Positions 26,201 to 39,787 of a stretch of 64,000 bases of DNA are shown piece by piece. The first letter of the stretch is position 1. Every line of letters begins with the position of its first letter. The notes beneath the pieces were generated by a model. That model had not been told where the DNA came from, searched no databases, and worked only from the letters and a program-made list of their open reading frames with translations. Source of the DNA: Amphiscolops sp. MND2022 (taxonomy: Eukaryota); assembly GCA_964187785.1 (NCBI GenBank), contig OZ076418.1, positions 24,490,001-24,554,000 of the forward strand, in the 5' to 3' direction. Made by a program: the position numbers and the translations under genes.

Positions 26201-28353
26201 ACCGGCATGTAGCATTAAGTGTTGAGCTCTTGAAAAAACCTCGCAAGAAAACCGACAAACTGTTTTCAGAAGCCATTTGAATTATCAATCACGCACCACA
26301 GAGGCTTCCAATCTTTCTAAGTCCAGAGTTTCTAACTCCCGGACTACACTGGAGCTTTATGTTTCGCGATATCATTAACGTTAGTTCATATTACATAAAT
26401 TGAAAATCAAGTCTTGAACATTTCAAATTTTATAGAAATTCTACGTTTGAACGGCAACAAAAATAGTTCGACGACGAAGTTGCTAGGATTTCGCATTCAT
26501 CAGCAAACATAGCAATTTGACTGCCTGAAAAATTTTAAACTTCAGTTATCTTCAAGTTGGATTCGGGATAACTCTCTTTTCTGGAATTGTTTGTTTTCTG
26601 TAGTTCTTCAGTTTACTAATATCATCTTGTAAGTTATCCGCTTCCATTTCACTGTTTCGTGCCGTTCTCGCAGTCGAAACAGCGATCAGTTTTTTCATTG
26701 TTAAGAAGCTTGTTTTCAAAATTGGAAAAGTGTTTGAACAAACATCTGCCTTACTTTGATGCTCCCGCACAAATTACGTCATCATAGACGCTCGCACTTG
26801 AAAAAGCACGGCAATATTCACACTACGGAGCAAAAAACTCAAAACCTCGTGTCTTATTCTAAACAACACACTAAACCTCGAAACGTTCCTTGATGTAAGT
26901 TCGAGACTCTATGGAAAAAAATATATATTTTTTTGTTGAAGCATGTTGAAAATGATGTCTCCAAGAAAAGTAAATAAAACCCCATTTTTGATGTTTTCAG
27001 GCAATTTTTTTTATTGGAGCAATTGACGAGATAGTTAAAAGTTTATAACAGAATAAACATTGATAACTAATTAAACCAAAACGCTTGATAAAAGATATGT
27101 ACATTTTAAATCATTGTTAAAACATCTTCGGGCATACATAAGTCATTAGGATCAGTTTTTCTGTTATATGAAAGAAGATGAGACGTTTTTATTGGACCTG
27201 ATACCCCATGTTTTAAAAAATGATGTCCCCTTGTGGTGTTTTGATGTCATTTTAATTGCTAATGAATGATGCTGATGAGAACAGTGGTGCACCTGTGGTT
27301 CCTGATATGTTGGTGTCAGACCAAATGGTATCACTACAGAAAATGAAAACCTTAAGTTGTCATCGGTTTTTCTTATGCATCATATATTCTCTATATATGC
27401 ATTGTTCAAAATCTACTACCTCAGTATACTTGGTATACCTCGGTATACCCTGCGGGGCTATAAATGTCCACAAACCACTCATTAAAGTCTCATTTATCAA
27501 GCAGGACAGATTAGAGAAACGAAAAAATTTAAATACTTCCATATTAATAAGATTTACGCCATAATTGTTCATTTGTTCATTGCCTTCAAAAACGCCTTAG
27601 CTTTTAATTGAGTTCAAGTTTCTCGAATTATTTCTCAGAGCGAGTTTGTTTCAGTTTTTAGAGAGTGAAGCCCTTGAAACTGCGCTAGGGAGCTTTTGAA
27701 AGTAATTTTGTCTAATTTTTTGCGAAGTTCATTTTTACTTTTAAATAATTGAACTTGTTTGCTGTGTTAAAATCCATTATCACCGATTTTGATTGGTTTA
27801 CACCAGCAAAAATCCCTTAGCAGTTCAATGCTCAAATCGATTGTCTTGTGGGAAAATTCTGAAGCTTTTTTACCAGTCACAGCAGGGAACAGCTGACCAA
27901 CTTGAAATTACGCAGCTTGTGTTCAAAGCGCCCTCTTTATAGCAACAACATTGTGGCATAGACGACGACAAAAGTCGCCATTGAACAGACATAGACATTG
28001 CAATTAATCTCTAGATAGCGTCTAACTTATGACCAGCCTCAGATACAATTGTTTAGATGTATTCACATAATCTCATGAGATTCAATGATCTTTTCTGAAA
28101 TCTGATTGAGGACGTACTCGTGTCTAGGATTTCAGATAAACCAGATAGAATGCATTGTTTTCCATTTTTTATTCCTTTCTGAACATTCCTAGCGTCAAAA
28201 TACAATAGAAATGGAAAATGCATTCACTTTCAAGAAAATACTCGGGCTGAAAGAACTAAGAACTGGGAACTATGATGAGACTCATCAAATTCATCAAAAG
28301 AGCTTTCAGTCTCAAGTTCGATCCTTGGACTTCTTAGCGGCTCCTCGCGTTTG
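22861..28353 (+). repeat. Tandem duplication of ~2.74 kb (22861-25588 and 25601-28353)
   Basis: Identical ORFs at offset 2740 (23070/25810); scattered substitutions and small indels; 12-bp junction insert AAATTCTGAAAT. Confidence 0.97.
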
Positions 28354-29036
28354 TTTTCTTGCTTTGGATTGTTTTATCTTCTTACCTGGTAAAGAATTGT
28401 TCTAATTGACATGTTTTCGTGTAAAAACATGCTTTTGATGCATGAACAAGAAACGAATACAATTGCAACGTCGAAGGGTACCCTAAATGAAAACAACAGT
28501 TTTTTTTTCTTCGAATCAAAATTGGGAAATTGAACCAAATCGGATGCTCAAAACCGATCGAAACTTCATTTTAAATTAGCCCACGAAAAATAGGGTGAAT
28601 GGATCATAAACATCTCATGTAAAAAGCGGAAAATTTCGTTCACGTGTATTGGTTGTACCAGTTGACCCAATAGTATAAAGTAGTCAAACTAATTAACGAC
28701 TTCTAATAAATTTTCCCCGTTTTTATTGAAGGAATTTTCTCAATACTCTGAAACTGAACTCTTGTCAAAGATTGACTAATTTACACTTTATACTCATTAC
28801 GGAATTGAACCAATTTTAGGTTTAAAAATCTTGATTGGTTTACAATTTTCTCTAAGTGCGCTCAAAAATTGACACCCGCGAGTTCTCATTTCACTGCGCA
28901 TCAAAATGCGCGATGAATACACTGCACTATTTGACTAGAATACAGCTCGCTCTCGTTTTACGAAAAGAAAACTGTTTACACTTAATGATAAAATCTATTT
29001 TTGTGGCCTATGCATCGTAATGGGAGTAGTATCAAG

Positions 29037-29091
29037 ACCGATACCTGGGTCATCATAAAAATGACGTGACCAGAGAAGCAGTAGCACAGCG
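29037..29091 (+). CDS. Candidate exon (D-RYLGHHKNDVTREAVAQR); alternative acceptor at 29030
   Basis: Donor CG|GTATGT, open frame, phase 2 matches 31692. Confidence 0.55.
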
Positions 29092-31691
29092 GTATGTTTT
29101 GTTTTTTGAGATAAAAATCATTTGAGACAAAATAGTTAAATAATCAGAGCAACCAAAATCTCACCAACATACCATATATATTTCAAAACATACCAAATTG
29201 AAATCTACAATAAATTGGCTGTGAAATGTTCAATAAAAATGTTTCCTTGTTTGGTAATGTTCCCCACGAGACATACAATCATGTCTTTTCGGACACCTTC
29301 TTGATGATGGAATACTGGAAAGACTGCTCTTTTGATGCTTAAAAAGTTAACACCAAACATTGTCGCAGATATCAGAAATGCGCTAAACTTTAGAAAAATC
29401 AACCCATTTTGCAATTGCCAGTTCAGCACTTTTGTTTCAAAAATGAAGCCATTAGTATTTTGAAAACCACGGTCTGATATTATTTGGTCGAATTCAAGAT
29501 TCAGTTGGATCTGTTGTACATGTTTTCAGAGTTCTAAATGGAAAATTTTCACTTTTGAAACCAAAATTCCAGCAGCATTTTGAGGGTGACAGAAATCACA
29601 TTGGAGTCAAAAGCGATCACAGTGGCCATAGAAGATTGAACCAGGGGATTGAAAACAGCTGAAAGTTTTTTACCTCCTAGAAAATAGGATAAAAGTCGAA
29701 TAGTCCCAAAAAGTAATACGTATTATGAGTATATTATGAGGGTTTTTGGTTGTTTGTACACATCTTTGAAGCAGTCAAAAACATTACTGAAAAACGCTCT
29801 GAGAATATATTCGGTATACAGTATGGGGCTGGATCAATAATTTCCAGAAAATTTTGTAAACACTGACATAAATTATTAACCCGGAATGAAGGTGGAATTT
29901 TCTGGATGCAACCAAAAATCTGGTGCATAAACTTTAAACCGCAATATCTCCTAAACTATATAAGTCTGACAAACGATTTGTACAGCGTTCGAAAGAAGAT
30001 CATTAGGGCTTTCAAATCAATTTTTAAACTGCTGCGCTGGCTCCGAACTTTGTGCCAAAACTTTGCAAGCGTGGTGTCTCTGGCTGCAGTTCAGCTTGTT
30101 CCAAACTATGCTAGGGCCCCTTTGACTTAATCTTGTCCCCAGTATTTTAAAGTGGCCACACAAGAAAACAGGAAAAACGGAAATTTTGCGCTAATTTTTT
30201 TTTGATTTTTTTGGTCCTGTTTTTTTTAAATTTTGGAGGCATTAAATCACCAAGCCGTGAAAATGCGTGCAATGCTATGTAATTTCGTCCGAAATTCTTA
30301 TTCAAGAGTTTTCTTCACCATACGGTGGGCTGGTGCCTTTAGAAGTTTGCAGAACTTGAGTGGTGCAAATACGTACCGCTATGCTAATTAAGGTTAAACC
30401 ATAAGTGAAGGTAGTGATGCCGTGATAATTTTTTTGATAAAATACAATTCAAATTTGTTACTGTACATCAGTCCGCAGAATTTTCCAACTTCGTACCTAA
30501 GTGGTGTTTGAGGATTTAATCAAGTTGGAGTTCAGGAGCTAGTTTCAATCAACCCCCTAGTTTTTGGCAGTATAGTCGATCCGGTCTATTGATCTCATAG
30601 AATTTTAACTCCAAGGAACTGAAAGCTTTTTTGAGAGCAAAACAAACAAGCTAGACCTATAAGTCTTTTGACAATTGTATCGCGTCTGAAGTCAGTTGCT
30701 CCGCTGATTTCATGAACAGAACAAAAGGTGAAATGAAAACAAAACTGTACTGGAGAACAGAGAGCTTTTTAAACAAACGGCTCAATGTTCGAGATGTGTA
30801 ACTGTTGCTCGAAGACATCAATCAGTAGACGGTATCTTTCGAGATCACTGTTTCTCCTTTTGCAGTGAATATAAATCCATTGTCTTTCAAAAACGTCTGC
30901 ACATCAAGAAGATGGTATAGTTTTGATGATTGCATGGAGAGTTTAGGCCCTCTAGAATTGAAATCTTCTTTAATATCATCAAAATCCTATTTCAGTTTTT
31001 GTGACTGGCATCGTCGTTTCAGGTATTTCAATCATCTCTACATCGATTTGATGGCGGATAGTTTCCTTAAAAGTATGGAAAGGCTTCTTGTTCATCATTT
31101 CGTTTCACTGCGTTGTTTTTAGTCGGCGCTTTTGAAGAAAAGTGTCTGACTCTCACAGTGGGTAGTTTTTTCAGACGCAAAAGGTCCACTTTATTGTTCA
31201 ATTGTTCATCAACTGTTCATTGTTACTCTGCTTTGTATTAACTCTTTGCAGAACGAAGCGATCATCACCTGGAATTAAGGATCACGCCTTTTGTCCATTT
31301 GGAGTATCCTGCCGGTGTAGTTTTGTTTCAATATCTGATCTAGCAAGAATTGAAAATTCGAAGTTACTTCCCCTTCATATCAACGAACAACTGTTTTTCG
31401 AAGTGATGGTTTATGTTTCAATTTTTCTGTTGAAAAAGGTTTTTCACGAAAAACAGTGAACGTTAACGATTATTGTTGCGTGCCATGTTTCAGAAGTTTT
31501 CAATTGGACGCCTTCATTGAAGTTTTTCAAACAAGGGATCCTGTTGGGTTTACCCATGTAGGCTTAGATAACAGTTGTTTAAAACTAAAGACTCTGTTTG
31601 TTTTTATAGCCACCACTGGGTTTACATTCAGCAATTGAAACAATATTTGGGTCTCCAAAACAAACAGAATCACTTGACACATTGATGACAG

Positions 31692-31737
31692 ATTTTTTTC
31701 CGAAATGTGGCAATGTCTTTTAGCTTGTGACTTTGAG
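31692..31737 (+). CDS. Candidate exon (FFSEMWQCLLACDFE)
   Basis: Acceptor TTGATGACAG, donor GAG|GTAAAC, only one open frame, phase 2 to 0. Confidence 0.6.
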
Positions 31738-32268
31738 GTAAACATACCACAGACAATTGAAGATATTGGTTTTTGCCGAGGTCCACCCCTATTTGTAAAC
31801 GTTCAATTCTAGTTTCGGAAGCAATGAAATAAAGGAAACATATTCGTAACCTTAAAAAGCTACGTCGTAAGGTGCGTAGCTACGTCCCAAGGTGCGGAGT
31901 CGAGAGGATGATACTTTGAGGAAATCGTCAGTTAACGCAGTCATTTTCAGATATCCACGTTTCCGATAAAACTCTGTCTACTTCTTAATGTTTTCTTGCA
32001 CATTGAGCAGACTGTCATTTTGACATCTCGCGGATTGAACCCTAAAGCCCCCTAAAACGCATATGTTTGTTAATAAAGTCTACGGATAATCGATACTTGA
32101 CACAAAATGTGAAGTTTTCACGAGAAACAGAATAATTGAGTTTCAATTTTTTCAGGAAAGCACGAACCTCAGCATCAGGTTTTGTAGTTATAACATTGAG
32201 TTTAATCGAGCTTGGAAGCATCAACCTAAAAATCTCGATCAAACCGTGCTAAACGCTCTTCAATAAAG

Positions 32269-32319
32269 ACGGGCCTTTGGTTTAGACTATATGTCGAACC
32301 AATCAACAAAGTGCTGCGG
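32269..32319 (+). CDS. Candidate exon (TGLWFRLYVEPINKVLR)
   Basis: Acceptor GCTAAACGCTCTTCAATAAAG, donor CGG|GTATAC, phase 0 to 0. Confidence 0.6.
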
Positions 32320-32683
32320 GTATACACCTCATCTTTCTTTTAATGTAGACATCCGAGGGATGACAAACTTTGAAGTCTGCGGTGTAGCAGCGCAACTATT
32401 CTACTAAAAACTGCCTCATACCTTGGTTCAGACTTCTATTTTTACCATTTGGAGCAATGTAAAGAAGACTATCCTTTATATAATTACGCTCCTGTTTCGG
32501 TACCCTTTTTACAAATCCTCCAACTTTGTGGGGTGACTTTTATCTTTGTTTTTTTCGTCACCTTTCGGAACATCATTTTGGAAACTTTTCGATATACTTC
32601 ATCATAATCTTATGAGATCACAGTTTGCATTTCTTCAGGTTTGATATATCACGTTTAATTAAAACGTCGTTACGACCACCAAG

Positions 32684-32751
32684 TGCATCATCAATCGCGT
32701 GTGCGCGAGAGATACCCGAATGCGCCGGAACAACAAAAAGGTGGCTAAACG
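32684..32751 (+). CDS. Candidate exon (CIINRVCARDTRMRRNNKKVAKR)
   Basis: GC3-rich open frame after CCAAG; donor CG|GTTACG (phase 2) or AAG|GTGGCT at 32740. Confidence 0.55.
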
Positions 32752-33557
32752 GTTACGTTGCTAGCCGAAACTTAGATGTGATAAAATAGTCTGAAGGGTC
32801 TTTTCTTTCAATTTTCGAAATTTTTAGGTAGTCTAATTAACAATGAGAATGCGACGGCCCGTTTGGTCGTTATGGAAACGTTTTTTCCCTCAAAGGGTCC
32901 TCTTTGGTTTTGTTTCGGCACGTTGCCATTTCTTTCCAAGAAAATTTTTTTCTGAATATTCATAAAGACAACCTTTTACTATAAATTGTATGAAATAGCA
33001 AAATACTTGTCGAATTTTGACAACTTTGTAGAGGACAGATGAACTCATGTAGACTCTAAAAACTAACTAGTCTGCTTTCTTGTTTGTGTTTATTTATTGA
33101 TTAAATACATGTCCTGCCACATAAGTGCAGATGAAGCTTTGTGCTAACACAGAAAATGATAGCATAAATAACAGTTGAATTTTAATACTGAATTCTCTTT
33201 CTTACACGTCTATTTGAGATACAACAAACTTTCAAAAGCATTTCATTAATATGTTCCACTCAATGTTTTTGAGAGTGGTCTCAATTGACTAATTCAGATT
33301 TAAACAGAAGGAGCCGAGTTTTGAGAATTTTTTATCTAAACGAAGCTAGAAAGAAAGAAAGAAAGTTTATTTATTTGAGTATAGAAAATATCATCATTGA
33401 AAACAAAAACAAAATTATCCATACTCAAAAGGGACAGAAGATGAGCTGATTAACTCTTCAAGCCTCTGCCCTCAAGAACCAATCATAGCCAAAGGCAATG
33501 CCGAACAAAAATGCGAAAGATATTTGCCTTCTTTGTGAAATAGTTGATTTTTATCAT

Positions 33558-36332
33558 TCAGAAGAAAATAGAAACTATATTACTATCACCCGCTATATAC
33601 AAATCTCTTAAAACCCTGAGATAGCTTACAGCTTGCTTGCTAGTCATTTTTGTTAGATTTTCAGGAATTAAGTTGAATGTTTTCAGCCAGTTATAACCTT
33701 TAGTCAACACATTCTGTATCGATTTTGATTTTGCAACCGTTCTGCAGTAGCTTGTTTGTAAATGTCCTTTACGAGCGCTTCGTGTGTCATATTTATTCAC
33801 AAATCCCTTATTCAAAAAAATGACCGGTGATTCAGACCGTAATTGGTAGAAAACTTCGCGAAAAATTTCATTGACATACAATTCAAACAGTTAAAATTTG
33901 TTTCCTTTCAAAAATGTCTTTTATGCTGTCATACTTTTTTCGGAAAAAAATAGCTCTGATTATTCTACGTTGAGCCGTTTCTATTTCTTCAAGATTGGAT
34001 TTGCAGGCACTACCATAAACTAGTAACCCATAAGTAATTACTGATTTTGCGTAAGATTCGTAAAACGTAAGTAGGCATTTAATCGGGTACAAATCTCGTA
34101 TGCGATAAATTAATCCGCAAAACTTGTTCAATTTCTTCGATACATATTTGATGTGTTCTCTAAAAGTCACTTTAGAATCAATGTAAAGTCCAAGATATTT
34201 GCAATGCGTTTTCATACCCACGTTTTCATTTAAAATAGTAAGATGTTTCGATATGCCGCAGCCAAAGTGCATGCTTTCACATTTTGAAGTGTTAACACTT
34301 AGTTTGTTGAATGAAAACCAGTCAATCACTCTATCCAAATCATCTTGAAGATTAAGGTTGTTCCTTCCCGAAGATTTCAGTATAGAAGTGTCATCAGCAA
34401 ACATGGCAATTTTGTTTTCATTTTTACAAAATGCAGGTAAGTCATTAAGATAAATTAGGAATAAGAGTGGTCCCAATATGGATCCTTGCGGCACACCGGT
34501 TGTTATCGGCAATTTACAACTTTTCTTGCAATGAGATGAAACATATTGACATCTATTTCTCAAATAGTCGACTAGAATTTCATGTATCGGTCCTCGGAAG
34601 CCGTAATTGAACAGTTTTTCCAGTAGGATTTCATGATTCAATGAATCAAATGCTTTTTGCAAATCTATGAAACACGCTTGGCCAGTACGTTTTCTGTCAA
34701 TTTCATTTCTCATATTTCCGTCAAAGTACTTATTGCGTGTACGCAAGAATGTTTTGACCGAAAACCAAATTGTTCTGGAGACAAAAGTTTGTTCTTATTT
34801 ACGAAGTTAATCATTCTTTTGTGGAGAAGTTTCTCAAAAACTTTGCTTAAGGAGCTTAGTAAACTAATTGGTCTATAATTTTCCGGGTTTTTCCGGTCAC
34901 CCTTTTTATATAAAGGAATCACCTTTGCTAGTTTCAAAGTATCTGGAAATTTTCGCTGAAATATACAGTCATTGAATGCAATAGCAAGGTATTTCTCTAT
35001 GATTGGTGAACAACATTTCAATATCTCGTTGCTAATGCCATCGTGACCTGAGCTTTTTTTGTTTTTCATCAATTTAATTATTTTTGCCACTTCAAGATCA
35101 TCAGTTCCGCATATTACCATGGACTTTGACGACCTCTCCGTTCTAAACGTACGCTTAGTAGGGGGTACATTCGCAGCTAGGAATTGCCCTACATTGGTAA
35201 AGAATTTATTCAAGATATCAGGATCAGGAACTATTGAGTTTTCTTCACCTGTTCTTGTATGACATTTCAAAGTTCTGTACAGTATTTTAATACTTGGATT
35301 CTCTCCTAATTTTTGGAAGTTCGCCTCACGCTTTGCTTGTTAAAAGAGTTTAGTGACAATATTCCTTTGCATATTGTATTGTTCTCTATTATGAGTGTTA
35401 TTATCGCTGATCCACAATTTAAACAATTTATTTCGTATAATAATGGCGTTTTTCACTCTATTATTAATCCATTCATTCGAATTACATTTTGGGTTATATT
35501 GTTTCTCCGGCGCAAATCTATCAACACATAGCATGATAGTTTTTGCAATGCTTTCCATGTTAAGTTCATTTGAGGTCAATAGTTTCTGTAATTTCTGATC
35601 GAGCAAAAACAGGAAGTTCAACGCCTTATCACCTTTTAGATTTTTCAAATTTCTAGTGAGAACATTTGGTTTTTGTTGCTCTGCTATGGATGAAACGGGA
35701 ATTTCTCCAATTACAGTAAAGTGATCGCTTATTGTCGTACTGATGGTCATAGTATTTATTGGGTAACTCGTTATTATATGGTCCAATCAGGTTGCTGTGG
35801 TTGATGTTACTCTAGTTGGTTCTGAATTTTGACGCTCAAAGTCATATGCCCTCAAAACATTTTCATATACGGTTTTAAACTTCGATTCCTTAATTGTGTC
35901 AATATTAAAATCGCCAAAAATGACTGTATCATGCTTTAATGTACGCAAAAAGTTCAAAAGATCCTCGAATTCTGGCATAAAAGTTTTCAGCTTTTTGCTA
36001 TCTGGTCGGTATACTACGCAAAAGTTTCGAAATGTTTCAAAGTCAATACATACATTGATGATTGCGCATTCGATTCCCGTTTCATATTCAATTGGTTTGT
36101 ATGTTAGTCCTTCTTTAACGTAAAAGCCTACACCCCCTCTTAGTTGTCCCGTAGTTCTTATTTTGGATTCGATGGGTTGATATCCGTCTAAATTCAACGT
36201 CGAGGTATTATCATTTTCAGTGAGCCACGTTTCTGTCAACGCTATGACTGATGGTTTAGAGTTAAAACTATCTAACTCAACTAAGAGTTCGTCACGATGG
36301 CATCTCAATGACTGTATATTCAACCCAAGCAT
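33558..36332 (-). pseudogene. LINE ORF2 (AP endonuclease + reverse transcriptase)
   Basis: APE motifs LNIQSL, ALTETWL, GGVGFY, GDFNID, LDHI; RT motifs NYRPISLL, FIDLQKAFD, GVPQGSILGP, FADD, KYLG. In-frame stops at 35787 (TGA) and 35340 (TAA); frameshifts near 34712 and 33883. Confidence 0.95.
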
Positions 36333-36424
36333 TATAATACTTTTGGCATTGGATGCGACTGGGCGGTTGGTTCATATGTTGAGTCATTATCAATTGATTA
36401 GACTCAGTGAAATGGTGTAACAGT

Positions 36425-37327
36425 CTAGTCCTTGTTTATTTGCAGGCCCTCGTCCCCACTGCACGACCCATTGTTTCCAGGCACTTCTTGATGATCGACA
36501 GCATTCTGTTTACTGAGAGGTGAATCTGATACAAGACCTCGCACAAAATCGGCTAAGTCATTAACATTGTTCAGTCGTTTTTTGAGTTCGATCAGAGTGT
36601 CGTTTTCCATCGACTTTGGCGGAGATTCAACTCTGGACCTCTTTAGTGGAGGTTTTGCTTGATACTGTGGTGGTTGTTTCAACTGGCTCCTCTTTATTGA
36701 AATATGTTCAAGATCATCCAAATCTTTCATTGTATTAACTTTGACAAATTTTTCGTCACCATTGAACTGTTTTATTTTAATCATTGGCACTGAGTTGAGT
36801 GATGATGTTTCAATTTCACGTCTCTTAGCTTCAAAATAAACATCCATGTCAGTCTTAGACATCCGTTCAGAGACCCATACCTTTCCACCATTTTTGGGAT
36901 GCTTAAATCCGCGAAGAAGAGAATTTTTTCTGAACCATACCTGTTGTTTGTGTTCATAATAAACAAACTTGATGACGATTGGAGGCGGTTGGTTGAAATC
37001 TCTCACAGGGCCCAGTGGGTGGCATGCCTTGATATCTCTCGGCGTCAGGTCCATGTGGAATACCAATTTAAAGAAGAGAATCACATCGTGAAGTAAGCTG
37101 TTCTGGTAACCAATCGGCAAATTTTTTATAATTATGGTATCTTTGGATAAGTATCGCTCCAACTCATTTGATTTGGCCTCAAGGTAATTCACTCGTGATT
37201 TCAAATCATTAATTTCATTGCTTTTACACTGGATTTCTTGTGCCAAATGAAGCAAAATATCTTTAATAGATTTGTCAAGTGTCAAGTTTTGTATGTTCAG
37301 TTCAATGTTCGAATCTTTCATTTCCAT
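36425..37327 (-). CDS. LINE ORF1 protein (coiled coil + RRM-like domain), 300 aa, intact frame
   Basis: Heptad-like N-terminus then IIIKNLP...DIKACHPLG...PPPIVIKFV, typical of LINE ORF1; lies directly upstream of the APE domain. Confidence 0.85.
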   Translation of the reverse strand: MEMKDSNIELNIQNLTLDKSIKDILLHLAQEIQCKSNEINDLKSRVNYLEAKSNELERYLSKDTIIIKNLPIGYQNSLLHDVILFFKLVFHMDLTPRDIKACHPLGPVRDFNQPPPIVIKFVYYEHKQQVWFRKNSLLRGFKHPKNGGKVWVSERMSKTDMDVYFEAKRREIETSSLNSVPMIKIKQFNGDEKFVKVNTMKDLDDLEHISIKRSQLKQPPQYQAKPPLKRSRVESPPKSMENDTLIELKKRLNNVNDLADFVRGLVSDSPLSKQNAVDHQEVPGNNGSCSGDEGLQINKD

Positions 37328-38804
37328 ATTTGGTCGATTTCAGTAGAGCGCTTTGCCTGTGTTAATGTTAACTAGACGCGACCATTCAGTTCAATGACGT
37401 ACGATGATCGGAAGTATTAAAAATCGTCATTTTTTGTGTGATTTAAAGGATCGTTTCTCTCGAAATTCCTAAACGTGACTTTTTTCAAAAACGTTTAATT
37501 GAAAGGCCAGTGGTCCCGTTTTGCGATCTCTCAGATTGTTTTCCTTTTTTCTGAATTTTTGAGAAACTTCTGTCGTTGAATAAAACTGAGCCCCTTTTTG
37601 TGCTTTTCTAACTAGCAATCAATCCTTTCGGTAATCAATCAATTGATCAGAAATTGATCAGTTGCCTTAGTCTTGTTTTTTTCTCTCTTCATTTTTTTCT
37701 CCAATCCCCTAGAATCTTGACATGAATTTCAGAAGGGACGCTATTGATAAACTGAAGACACTTCGCCAGTTTATCTCATTGTTCGTCGTGCATGAATTTT
37801 TGATGAAAAATTCCAGCGGAAAAAAAACTTGAATTGAAAAGCGATCTTCGATAGACGATCTTATGTGTCTATCAAAAATCTACAAAACAATGTTAATATA
37901 ATTCAAGTACTGAAACAACACTCTTTTGCTTTAATAGCAAAAACACATCTTGCGCGTCGAAAAATTTCCGAAACATCTTGTCTCCAAATTAATAACATCA
38001 CGACTAGCAATTAAACGGTTAATGATACTATTATTTTTTTAATTTTTCTATTTGCTTCAAAAATACAAGGGGTCCAGATGTTTTTGTAAGCTATAATCAC
38101 GCACTAGAAGCAAAAGCGGCATCTAATTTCGCATTTATCCAGTCCAAAATAACGTGCAATTTTCTATGTTCACATCCAATTAATTCAATGTATGTTCTAA
38201 GGATCCTTTCAATGTCCGCACCGTGTTCTAAGTCGAGCTGGGAAAGCATTATTTCGCAAATAGATGTCAGAACGTTTCCGATACTTAGCAGGAACTCTTG
38301 TCCTTTTTTATTAAATTTGAAGTTATCCTAGAGGAAAAGCCTTCGGAAATTTTTGTCCATTAGGCGGACAGAAAGTATAAGCTCTTCTCAGCTGCTTCCT
38401 TTTCTAATATTTCTCCCTAATTTTTCCACCGCCTCATTTCGCTTCAAACGTGAAATGTTACGAATCGATTTTCTCAACATTCTTTCTTTTATTCCTCCTT
38501 TCTTTTCTCTTCTTTTTTCTTGCGAGCACCAAAAAGTCCAATTTTTAGCCAATTCTGGCCCCTGTTTTTTTCACGCGTTTGGTCAATCCTTGTTCACGCG
38601 CAACAGTATACTGCTACAGCAGAAATAGCAGTGAAGTAAATTGTTTCCAACTTTTCCACTGGCCATGAGCGTTGCTTGTCTTTATAATTTATACTTCCCA
38701 CATCTTCAAACAGTTCCCTATTTAAGAGGAAAATTTAATTCTGGTTTACTTAAATTTCAACCAACCACTGCCGATTACCAATTTGCCGTGTCTCAATTGT
38801 ACAG

Positions 38805-38841
38805 CATCGCTCCCCTGATTGAAAAGCGCCATCGTCTCATT
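38805..38841 (+). CDS. Candidate exon (IAPLIEKRHRLI)
   Basis: Acceptor TCTCAATTGTACAG, donor ATT|GTATGT, phase 2 to 0; compatible with 32751. Confidence 0.5.
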
Positions 38842-39264
38842 GTATGTACAACAGTTAATACAGTTGTACCTCGTTACTAGTTTATAAGTATATACTACAT
38901 TTATCGACACTCATTACTTGCATTTATAGTTTTTGCTTTTGCTGCTTTGGCGTTTTTATACATACACATCTTGCACGAAATTTGTTTCCTGTAATACCGA
39001 GAAAGTTTTCCGAAATACGATGATTAATTATAGAAAAAAGGTTACTACATTTCAACCTCTTTTACACAATCAAATCAATTTTTGGACAATGTTTCGTATA
39101 ACCCCCTCCCCTCTTGAATTTTGTTTCTTATCCTCCCTCCCTCAACACGAAAACTTTTATTTTTGAAAATTCCGCGAATGAAAGAATTTGCAATGGTTGC
39201 AAACAGTTAGAGGACTTTCTGTAGTCTTTAGAGATATCTTGAGTCAAAACAGCTCTAAAGACTA

Positions 39265-39715
39265 CCCTAGTCGAGATTGCTTGAACTTTTTACAGGCTGC
39301 ATGGAAACATGCAGGCTAATTTTTTTACAAAACATGGAAAATTCCGGGAGCCTGCATGGAAACATTTTGTAGGATTTCAATACAGCTTCCACTAGTTCAA
39401 TTAAACTGAAAACATTTCCACTTCTTCACCACCGCGATCACTTTGTTTTCACGCGTAAGTTTCTAAAGTAAGTATCTAATGTAATCACTGTTAGTCAGAT
39501 AGCACGCTGAATATGACGCTACATTGAAACTTATAATGTGACTGAAGTTTATTTGCATTGAAGCGCCGGTAGAATTGATGACGGTCTCAGCTTCTTTCAA
39601 AATTAGAAGGGCGTCTTAATGAAACCTGCAAAACTTTGCGGCGCAAAATTGCCGCTGAATTTAGGATGCATTATATAGGCAGCTTGATAAAATTAAATCG
39701 AATCAGTGAAGTTTT
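39265..39715. mobile_element. Family A element, one end truncated
   Basis: TA|CCCTAGTCGAGATTGCTTGAAC start; homology is lost near 39715. Confidence 0.8.
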
Positions 39716-39787
39716 GTTATACTACAGGTGTGGTCCCTGTATATTTTGTTGGAATTATTATTATAACGTAGTCAGCTATGTTCACAT

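Larger units (their letters stand above)
33350..37400 (-). mobile_element. Near full-length LINE (APE + RT; CR1/L2/Jockey-group), ORF2 inactivated
   Basis: ORF1, APE and RT in order; 3' end with AATAAA followed by a (TTTC)4 tail at about 33350-33376. No TSD found; 5' boundary approximate. Confidence 0.95.
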
